Shown: piece by piece, positions 35,466 to 42,555 of the stretch
Layout: each line of letters opens with the position of its first letter
Position numbering within the stretch: the first letter of the stretch is position 1
Source of the DNA: Patescibacteria group bacterium
GTDB taxonomy: Bacteria > Patescibacteriota > Microgenomatia > UBA8517
Assembly (NCBI GenBank): GCA_035291665.1
Contig: DATDRP010000001.1
Span: 289,127-331,681, forward strand
Direction: 5' to 3'
Length of the DNA: 42,555 nucleotides
Position numbers and translations under genes: made by a program
Notes under the pieces: model-generated
The model's database searches: none
What the model was told of the DNA's origin: nothing
Seen by the model: the letters and a program-made list of their open reading frames with translations, nothing else

Positions 35466-36599
35466 TCATTCACCCTCCTCAAGTAAATCTAACCCTTTTA
35501 TGGGAAGCGCGGTTTGGCCAACTTTGCCTTGGATGGACCCTACAACATTAGCGGTTGATCCCAAAAGTCTTTGCAACTGTCCCTCCCTGACTTTCCAGAT
35601 CCTCTCAAATGACGTCCTCTCCTTTTCAAGCTGCGATTGCATATCACGATATACTTCTACCATTGCCTCAACCTGCTGGCGAAACTCATGAGAGGTAATA
35701 TATTCATAAAGGTTTTCAGATTTGTCGCCCTTATGGACCGAAACCGCTTTCTGATATGCAACATCCAAGAGGTTTTTCCTTAACACCAGAGCCAGGGGTA
35801 CAACCAGAGAAAATGAAGTCACCCAAACCCCATCATAAAATCCGAATCCATCGACATTTTTCGGAAGAGTGATGGATATAATAACCGGAATGTTTGATTT
35901 TTCCTTTCTAAGATCGCTTTTCAACTTTGAAACCCACGAATCAGTCCAAGCTTTTGTTCTTTTGACCTCCCAAAGAATAACTCCCACGATATAACCTTTT
36001 GGGCTTTTCACAATTTGCCGAAGATCGGCCCCTTTAACGCCTTTTTCCACCGGTTCAACTTCGTCCTGCGTAAAAGTCTCCCGCAGCAGGTTTTCGATAT
36101 CCAGTTCAAGAATTTCACCTTGAAGCTGTTGGGATCCGACCTTTGATTTCCTCAAAGCCTCTTCAAGCCGTTCCTGCAGGCCGGATATTTGTTTATCCTT
36201 TTCCAAATCTTTAAGTCTATGTTCCTCAACTGTTTGCTTTAAAACCGCATCTTCTATCTTTTTCTTTTCTTCATCTATTCTTCTTTGTGTTTCCAGCTCC
36301 AAATCTTTTTCTTTATCTTCCAATAACCTCTTCTCTTCCCTAAGTTTCAGCTCAAATTCCCGCATTTCCTTAACTTTCTTTTCTTTTTCTTCAATTTGAA
36401 GTTTGAGATCTTTTATTTCGTGTTCACCCATTCCTTTGTACTCTTCTTCCAAATCCTTTCTTATCAAATCGATCTCATTTTTCTTATCCGACTCAAATTG
36501 CTGCCTTAGATTTTTCTCTACCGAATCCTCAACCTGATGTCTGAATGCGTCGGAAAGGTGTATTTTTTTACCGCAGTGGGGACAAATTAAATCATCCAT
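35466..36599 (-). CDS. DUF2130-like protein: N-terminal zinc ribbon, long coiled coil, C-terminal PD-(D/E)xK-like domain
   Basis: CPHCGKK at the N-terminus, about 150 aa of E/K-rich heptad repeats, then GADLRQIV...ILWEVKRT (a D...ExK pattern). Confidence 0.75.
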   Translation of the reverse strand: MDDLICPHCGKKIHLSDAFRHQVEDSVEKNLRQQFESDKKNEIDLIRKDLEEEYKGMGEHEIKDLKLQIEEKEKKVKEMREFELKLREEKRLLEDKEKDLELETQRRIDEEKKKIEDAVLKQTVEEHRLKDLEKDKQISGLQERLEEALRKSKVGSQQLQGEILELDIENLLRETFTQDEVEPVEKGVKGADLRQIVKSPKGYIVGVILWEVKRTKAWTDSWVSKLKSDLRKEKSNIPVIISITLPKNVDGFGFYDGVWVTSFSLVVPLALVLRKNLLDVAYQKAVSVHKGDKSENLYEYITSHEFRQQVEAMVEVYRDMQSQLEKERTSFERIWKVREGQLQRLLGSTANVVGSIQGKVGQTALPIKGLDLLEEGE

Positions 36600-36679
36600 A
36601 TGGTAAGAGCATTATACCGCATTTAAAAATCATCTCACGAAGAAGGATTACCACAAATCTTTTATTTATCCGGACTGTA

Positions 36680-36707
36680 TTGACATAATAATGTTATGGG
36701 GTAGAAT
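36680..36707 (+). promoter_or_regulatory. putative promoter giving a leaderless or near-leaderless transcript
   Basis: TTGACA (36680-36685), 16-nt spacer, TAGAAT (36702-36707). The ATG at 36715 lies 7 nt after the -10. Confidence 0.45.
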
Positions 36708-36714
36708 TACGAAT

Positions 36715-37101
36715 ATGTCTCCGAAAATAGAGATTTATAACATTGATAGTTCCAGAGATGTTGGTTCGTATAGCCAAGGTCTCGTGGCTGACCTTCTGGA
36801 TGTAACGGGTACGTATGACACGCAAAAAGGATCAATAACAATTGAGATGAATCCCCCTGAAAGTGCGAAAAGACCGTATTGTATTGCAGTTACTTGGGGA
36901 GGTTTTGAAGGTCATTTCAGAGATATTACTAAGCATATGAACCCTGAAACAAAACGGGTTTTATATGGCAGTAGGATAGAAGGTTATTATGCTAATCCAA
37001 GACGAGTAATTGATCTCAATAGAAAAACCGGCGTTGGTGAACAAAATTTGGACGGATCCGGTAATATCCTGAGAGTCACCCTGAATGACCGGACAGAGTA
37101 A
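36715..37101 (+). CDS. hypothetical protein
   Basis: 128-aa ORF. The start is moved to ATG 36715 because the track ATG at 36691 lies inside the promoter spacer. No motif recognised. Confidence 0.6.
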   Translation: MSPKIEIYNIDSSRDVGSYSQGLVADLLDVTGTYDTQKGSITIEMNPPESAKRPYCIAVTWGGFEGHFRDITKHMNPETKRVLYGSRIEGYYANPRRVIDLNRKTGVGEQNLDGSGNILRVTLNDRTE

Positions 37102-37106
37102 TTTTT

Positions 37107-37649
37107 TCAAGATAAAAGCTTCTTACCGACTTTTCTCGAGTTCATTTTCTTTTCAACAACCTGTTCCAATACTCTGTCGGGGTCCGGTATTTTTTTACCG
37201 AACGGCCAGAAACCAAGCTGAACCAATACATCGGAAATAAAATTATATCTTAAAGTTTTAAGTTTTGAACTCTTTCCCAACTCCTCAAAATAGCTCTTTG
37301 TGATTTGAAAGATCGCATTATTTTCCTCATTCGGCGGCATTACTTTTTCCAGCGTTTCGCAAAAGAAATAAGCAACAGCAACTTTTTTCAGGTCCGATCT
37401 CACGTTCTGATACGATGTTACGGTCTGAGCTTCAGTCATAATGTCCATTCCTTTGGATTTCGAAGCTGAAAACTTTATTAAAGTAAAAACTTCAACAGAA
37501 GATCTTTTTCTACTCCTTAATTTTCTTACCCCCTTCGCCAAAAGACTTAATTTACCATAACCGGAAGAATATACGGTCAGAATCCGGTCTGCTTCCGAAT
37601 AATTTCTTCGCAATAAAACTAAAGCTTCTGAAGAATATGATTTAATCAC
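37107..37649 (-). CDS. recO: DNA repair protein RecO (short form)
   Basis: N-terminal OB-fold signature EALVLLRRNYSEADRILTVYSSGYGKLSLLAKGVRK. At 180 aa it is shorter than typical RecO. Confidence 0.85.
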   Translation of the reverse strand: MIKSYSSEALVLLRRNYSEADRILTVYSSGYGKLSLLAKGVRKLRSRKRSSVEVFTLIKFSASKSKGMDIMTEAQTVTSYQNVRSDLKKVAVAYFFCETLEKVMPPNEENNAIFQITKSYFEELGKSSKLKTLRYNFISDVLVQLGFWPFGKKIPDPDRVLEQVVEKKMNSRKVGKKLLS

Positions 37650-37655
37650 GTTGAA

Positions 37656-39677
37656 TTATAGTTTATACCGAAGTTCCTTATCCGTTGAGAGTAAAAACTC
37701 ATCGGTCTTTTTACCGACCTTTACCGTATACATAGGTTTGTCTTTACCCGCCTGTTTCTGAATAAAAAGTTTATAATCTTTGGAGTTTAACGGTAATTCG
37801 TACTTAAGCGTAACTTTGGAAACTCCCAACGGTCTTATTTGTAAATACCCCGCGAAAACGGTTTTCCCCAAATCTTCATAGGGTTCAAGATTTTCCTCAA
37901 AGCCGGTTGCCTCAAGCAATTTACTTCCTTTCGGTACATAAATTCTTGTCCAATTTGGAAGCACAGAGTTTAACCATCCATCTTGTTTCTCCGGATTTTT
38001 ATATGTTATCTCAAGTCTTTTGACCACCTTACCGCCTTCGTATGAAATCTCCTGACTTACTTCCTGGGTAACATATAAATTTGATTTTCTTCCGCCAAGG
38101 TTTGCATCATTAATATGAAGGTAATCTCCATCATAGTCAGATATATTTCCGCCAATTCCGAAAGCATCGACGGCACTTTGTGCATCATCATCAAAGAAAT
38201 AAAATAAAACATGTTTTTCAGTTAATGACTTAATTGCTGCTTCAAAAAGCATCGGCATTTTATCTTTAGGCTGTCCTAATGTATTGGAAAGCACTGAATT
38301 CATAAGCGGTCCGATAATTTTCTTACGATCATTATAGTTAGGAGGAGCAAAAACAATTTTACCGGGTTCATTCTCGCTCCAGACTATCGCCCCTTCCGTA
38401 TCGGCGAACTTTTCCAGTTCGTAGACAACGTTTGGACAATTGCACACCGGCTCTATTTTTGTACTGAAATTTCCAAAGCCTGAGACGCCAATTTCACCCA
38501 AAACGTCCAACAGATTCACAAGGACTTGTGTATCAACCGATATTATGCCGTCTATTTTTGAAATACCCGCTTTTTTTACTTCCTGAGAAAATAAATCCAT
38601 GCTCACGGAGTAATCCGGAGACCAATTCAAATCCCGAAGCCGGAATTTCCTATTGGCAACATAAATCCCTTTCAGATATTTGGAGAATTGTTCCGGAGCA
38701 GCAACAACCGGTGTGTACTTGGCATCGAGATCGTAAATATCGCTGGAACTGCCAGGTTTAAACCTTCCTTTGGAAACTTCTGCTATTGTATATGCTGTGA
38801 TAAAGCCTCCGGTCGGACGAAGCTCTTTATCATTTTGAAATAATATAAGATAAGTTCTCGGCGACTCCACTCCCAGTAGATATTCAGATTTTGCAAGGAG
38901 CGGTTTTCCGTTAACTATCATTTTTGTTGCGGTATCAGTCAGCTCGATTGCATTTGTAATATTATCCCGCAGCGCTATTCCTTCGAACTCTTCGGGGTAA
39001 CGGTTCGGGTTGATAGTGTCTATTTCAGTTTGAATTTTTGCAAGAATGATCGAAAGTTCATCCATTTTGGGTATCAGATCGGGTATCGTACTAATCACAA
39101 AGTCAATCCTATCCTGAGCAGTTTCAACGCCTGAACTTGCCTGTTTTGCACCATTTGCAAAGCCGATAATGTCTGCATATGGCTCAATTGCAGCAAGAAC
39201 TATCGATGACGCATCAAAACCATATTTTGCAGAATTTATGACCGCCTTACCATCCTTGAAATATGCTCCGATAAAAGGAATAATTTTCAGGTAGGATAAC
39301 TTTGCATACGATTTATCAAAATCGTTTAGTGAAGTTTTACTTAAGGCTATTTCGGATTTAATTTTTTCAATATCCTGCTGAGAGACTGCATCTTTAACCG
39401 ACAATAATGATTTTTTGAGAACGAGGGCTTTTTTATAGGCATTAAAGGCCAAAAGTGCAGTAATAGACAGGATAATAATAAGAACTCCGACAACCGAAAG
39501 CAGCACGATTAATACCCTTTTTTTTGTTTTTGTTAATTTGAAAAAATTCTTTTTAAGATTGCTCTCGCTCATTTTGATTTTCGGTATAAGTACAGAATTA
39601 TTGTCCACGTTTGATTTTTTATCAACAAGTAAATCTGGGGAATTTTGAGTTTGACCTAGTTTGGGAATATTTTCCAT
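37656..39677 (-). CDS. DUF4012-like large membrane-anchored extracytoplasmic protein
   Basis: N-terminal TM anchor at about residues 55-80. The ELRPTGGFITAY motif matches DUF4012 proteins as I recall them. It is adjacent to a sugar transferase, as is common for that family. Confidence 0.7.
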   Translation of the reverse strand: MENIPKLGQTQNSPDLLVDKKSNVDNNSVLIPKIKMSESNLKKNFFKLTKTKKRVLIVLLSVVGVLIIILSITALLAFNAYKKALVLKKSLLSVKDAVSQQDIEKIKSEIALSKTSLNDFDKSYAKLSYLKIIPFIGAYFKDGKAVINSAKYGFDASSIVLAAIEPYADIIGFANGAKQASSGVETAQDRIDFVISTIPDLIPKMDELSIILAKIQTEIDTINPNRYPEEFEGIALRDNITNAIELTDTATKMIVNGKPLLAKSEYLLGVESPRTYLILFQNDKELRPTGGFITAYTIAEVSKGRFKPGSSSDIYDLDAKYTPVVAAPEQFSKYLKGIYVANRKFRLRDLNWSPDYSVSMDLFSQEVKKAGISKIDGIISVDTQVLVNLLDVLGEIGVSGFGNFSTKIEPVCNCPNVVYELEKFADTEGAIVWSENEPGKIVFAPPNYNDRKKIIGPLMNSVLSNTLGQPKDKMPMLFEAAIKSLTEKHVLFYFFDDDAQSAVDAFGIGGNISDYDGDYLHINDANLGGRKSNLYVTQEVSQEISYEGGKVVKRLEITYKNPEKQDGWLNSVLPNWTRIYVPKGSKLLEATGFEENLEPYEDLGKTVFAGYLQIRPLGVSKVTLKYELPLNSKDYKLFIQKQAGKDKPMYTVKVGKKTDEFLLSTDKELRYKL

Positions 39678-39738
39678 TCACATCAAATCATACACAATTG
39701 TTCGGAAAAACTAAAGATTCACCAAGATAATACAAAAA

Positions 39739-40392
39739 TCAGGTTGCACCCCTCCCCGTGAGCATTATCCATGGAGTTTTTAGCATTATCAAAATATCAA
39801 AAAGAATGGATTTCTTTCTTGCGTAGTATGCATCCATCTGAATCCTCTTATCAAAATTGACTTCACTTCGTCCGTTTACCTGCCAAAACCCGGTAATTCC
39901 GGGTTTTACCATCAGCATCTCTTCGATATATTTATCCGTTCCTTTATATTTCTTTTTTTGCTCTTCAAGTTCGTCCGGTAGATATGCCCTTGGTCCCACA
40001 ATACTCATTTCACCCTTCAAAACATTCAAAAGCTGTGGCATTTCATCAATAGAATGTTTACGTATAAATTTCCCAACAGGTGTAACCCGGGGATCATTGG
40101 ATGGTTTATAGTTACCGCTGGTTCTTTTCTCTATATAAACATTTTTGTACCTCGGATCTGTCCGTTCCAATATATCGGCTTTCACCATCATTGAGCGATA
40201 TTTATATAAACGGAAAAGTTTCCTGTTTTTACCCAACCGCTTCATATGTTCGTTTTCTTTTTCAACAAAAACCGGACCCGGTGAGGTTAACTTGATAGCA
40301 ATAGCTGTTGCAAGCATTATCGGGGAAAATAAAATTATAAGAATTAACGAACCAATGATGTCTATTACTCTTTTTATAGTTTCGTAACTCAT
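39739..40392 (-). CDS. small monotopic phosphoglycosyl transferase (bacterial sugar transferase family)
   Basis: KRVIDIIGS...re-entrant helix, then DEMPQLLNVLKGEMSIVGPRA and GITGFWQVNGRS motifs. Confidence 0.9.
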   Translation of the reverse strand: MSYETIKRVIDIIGSLILIILFSPIMLATAIAIKLTSPGPVFVEKENEHMKRLGKNRKLFRLYKYRSMMVKADILERTDPRYKNVYIEKRTSGNYKPSNDPRVTPVGKFIRKHSIDEMPQLLNVLKGEMSIVGPRAYLPDELEEQKKKYKGTDKYIEEMLMVKPGITGFWQVNGRSEVNFDKRIQMDAYYARKKSILFDILIMLKTPWIMLTGRGAT

Positions 40393-40519
40393 GGCACAGC
40401 CGTGTGATTATATACTCCTCTAACTTGAATTTATACCTTTATGTTAGAGATTATATATTCAAAATTTTATTTTTATCATGCAAACTGAAGTATTTTGATT
40501 ATAGAATAATTTGGGCAAT

Positions 40520-41578
40520 TTATGTTAATGCCAAATTTCTATTTTTAACTTCTTTTAATGCTTCGTTTACACGGCCTGATTGCTTTTTATCGCAAACCAA
40601 TAGTACATCGCCTGTGTCAACAACCACCACATTGTCAATCCCCACCAGCGCAACTATTTTATTAGCATCATCAAGTCGAACATAATTTTCACTCCCATCC
40701 ATATCGACTATGTTTTCAGCAGCTTTATAAAGCCCGTTAAGCATCAAATATTTGTAAAGAGACTCAAACGTACCTATATCAAACCATTTAAAAGGGAGCT
40801 CCACAACCAATGATTCCCCGTTTGCATGGACCTGTTGAGTGATATCTTCAAGAGGACCTGGTGGTAATTTCGGATATTCAATTTTTAAGTCTGATCCATT
40901 GACATAATTCATAAGGGGGTCATACCATTCCAATTTATATTTTTGCAGCATGTTGAGCAGATTCTTTGGTGTCATGCAAGTATGATTTGTATGCACCAAA
41001 GCACCGGTTTGTTTTATGAGTTCTTCAGTTTGTTCCTTTGTGCTCCTCCATACAAATTTATCAACTTTATAAATTCCGACAGATCCTTCTTCAGATATTT
41101 TTTCGCCTTTCATCAAATAATCAACACCCATGACAGGATAATCAGTAGGCATACCGCCTGTTATATATTTGCTCTCTCTCCGTGCGACCTTATCGCAATC
41201 AAGCATCATTTTTATGAAATCTTCAACAGGTTCCCTGATGTCGTCTACTTGAACAAGCATAAATGGTTCGTCCGCAAATCCCTTTTTATACAAAAAGGCT
41301 GCAATTAAACCTGTTGCAGGGCCTTGATTCCGCATTTCCGGTTCTAAAATGAAATTTTCGTCCGGTACATCTCCGGCAATATTTTTTGCCATTGCAAATT
41401 GATCCTCATTTGTTGAAACATATATTTCCTCGGGTTTAAAATGCGTCCTTAGGGATTCATAATTTATCTGAAAAAGAGACTTGCCGTTTATTATGGGGAG
41501 GAAGTGTTTGGGTTTGTGTTCGCGGCTTATCGGCCAAAGCTTGGTTCCGAATCCGCCACAGATCATTACAGGTATCAT
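40520..41578 (-). CDS. NDP-sugar pyrophosphorylase, mannose-1-phosphate guanylyltransferase-like
   Basis: N-terminal ICGGFGTKLWPISR (GxGxRLWPLSR-type motif). At 352 aa it has no C-terminal cupin/isomerase domain. Confidence 0.85.
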   Translation of the reverse strand: MIPVMICGGFGTKLWPISREHKPKHFLPIINGKSLFQINYESLRTHFKPEEIYVSTNEDQFAMAKNIAGDVPDENFILEPEMRNQGPATGLIAAFLYKKGFADEPFMLVQVDDIREPVEDFIKMMLDCDKVARRESKYITGGMPTDYPVMGVDYLMKGEKISEEGSVGIYKVDKFVWRSTKEQTEELIKQTGALVHTNHTCMTPKNLLNMLQKYKLEWYDPLMNYVNGSDLKIEYPKLPPGPLEDITQQVHANGESLVVELPFKWFDIGTFESLYKYLMLNGLYKAAENIVDMDGSENYVRLDDANKIVALVGIDNVVVVDTGDVLLVCDKKQSGRVNEALKEVKNRNLALT

Positions 41579-41592
41579 AAGTAATAATAATA

Positions 41593-42555
41593 CTAAACGT
41601 TTAATTTCATTAAGTCCAGAATTTCTTTTTCGAATTTCTCTTCAGAAAATTTAGCGGAATTTGCAACAATTTCATCTTTTTCAAATTTCATTTTCTCAAG
41701 TTTAAGGACTGCTCCCGATAATGACTTTATGGATTGATTATTAAATAATATCCCTGTTTTACCATCAATTATCGTATCCAAAACTCCACCTTTTTTGTAG
41801 GCTATAACGGGAATTCCAGCAGCTTGGGCTTCAACTGCAGTAATTCCGAAATCTTCTTCCTGGGGATAAATAAAAGCTTTAGCGTTTCGGTAGTACATTG
41901 CTAATTCATCATCAGTGACAAATCCCTTAAAGATAATATTTTTATTAGACTTATACTTGGTCTTATATTTCTCTTCTTCGCTTCCAGTACCGACAACTAT
42001 CAGGTTTTTTCCCAGTTTGATCAATCCCTCGATTGCCAAATCAACCTTTTTGTACGGGACAAGTCTGCTGACTATCAAAAAGAAATCACCCATTCTGAGC
42101 TTTTCTATTTTTGAATTATGATTTGTAATTTTGACTTTTGACTTTTGACGTTTAAATTTATCAGTTTCCACCGGCGGATAAATTATTTCCGAATCTCTCC
42201 CGTAATATTTCTTTATCCTGTTTTTAACCGCGGTTGATATTGCAACATAATAATCGGGTCTTGACGAGGCAACCAAATCCCATTTCTTGGCATAATTTAA
42301 CAAAGGCTTAGAGATTATTTTATAAAACGGAATCCAGGATAGTTTTTTCGGAGGATTCGATAAGTATTCATCATATCCGCTCCAAAGATAACGCGTGGGT
42401 GTCAGACAATAACAAATATGCAAAGTTGACGGTTTGGTAATTATTCCTTTTGCGGATTCAGACGTTACGGAAATGACAAGATCATATGAATCAAAATTGA
42501 ACATTTCAAAAGCAATTGGAGTAATAAATCCCAGGAGTTCATGATTATTTTTCGC
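41593..42555 (-). CDS. GT4-family glycosyltransferase (5' end beyond the right edge)
   Basis: C-terminal GT-B domain with EDFGITAVEAQAAGIPVIA (the E-x7-E region). The frame stays open upstream of Met 42504 to the window edge (...AKNNHELLGFITPIAFE), so the gene is truncated by the window. Confidence 0.88.
   Translation of the reverse strand, partial: AKNNHELLGFITPIAFEMFNFDSYDLVISVTSESAKGIITKPSTLHICYCLTPTRYLWSGYDEYLSNPPKKLSWIPFYKIISKPLLNYAKKWDLVASSRPDYYVAISTAVKNRIKKYYGRDSEIIYPPVETDKFKRQKSKVKITNHNSKIEKLRMGDFFLIVSRLVPYKKVDLAIEGLIKLGKNLIVVGTGSEEEKYKTKYKSNKNIIFKGFVTDDELAMYYRNAKAFIYPQEEDFGITAVEAQAAGIPVIAYKKGGVLDTIIDGKTGILFNNQSIKSLSGAVLKLEKMKFEKDEIVANSAKFSEEKFEKEILDLMKLNV

Noticed and set aside
42129-42149. 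Tandem heptamer TTTTGAC x3 (also CAACCT x3 near 12571-12590)
   Set aside because: Both lie inside well-supported CDSs (GT4 and ileS) and simply encode K/S/V-rich or VEVEVE peptide stretches. They are too short to be CRISPR or regulatory arrays.
1-42555. Alternative genetic code (UGA recoding), CRISPR arrays, transposases/integrases, prophage or defence islands
   Set aside because: All conserved genes are intact under the standard code and several end in TGA. There are no spaced direct-repeat arrays and no recombinase, transposase or phage-like ORFs. The only repeats are the two small noncoding families reported above.

Overview
This is an AT-rich, tightly packed bacterial chromosome segment of about 45 CDS, mostly on the minus strand and read with the standard genetic code (TGA is used as a stop).

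**Core (13.2-32.3 kb):** a complete division/cell-wall (dcw) cluster, mraZ-rsmH-ftsL-ftsI-murA-murE-murC-(murB, inverted)-murD-(class IV aminotransferase, inverted)-murF-mraY-ftsW-murG-ftsQ-ftsA-ftsZ.

**Left of the core:** a four-gene membrane operon with a NOX-like ferric-reductase flavocytochrome and a CAP/SCP-domain protein, a SAM methyltransferase, tRNA-Val(CAC), a CBS-less IMPDH/GMP-reductase family gene, a small kinase-like ORF, lepB, parB, rpmA, rplU, rodA and ileS.

**Right of the core:** glyQS, a YdjM-like hydrolase, a DUF2130-like protein, recO, and an envelope-glycan cluster (DUF4012-like protein, phosphoglycosyl transferase, NDP-sugar pyrophosphorylase, GT4 glycosyltransferase running off the right edge).

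I found no rRNA, CRISPR array, transposase, integrase or recognisable defence genes. Gene content and style (short genes, 4-nt overlaps, no Shine-Dalgarno sequence before the genes I checked, DUF4012) fit a small-genome Patescibacteria/CPR-like organism. That placement is inference only.

**Most unusual content is noncoding.**
- A GC-rich structured element occurs twice, at 5159-5332 and 25930-26022. Its hairpins are conserved, with compensatory and wobble substitutions and mutually exclusive CCUCC/GGAGG pairings.
- A second repeat family, a roughly 48-nt block, sits at 6086-6133 and 6603-6651 inside an unusually long 750-nt noncoding gap upstream of lepB.

I could not assign either family to a known RNA class by eye.
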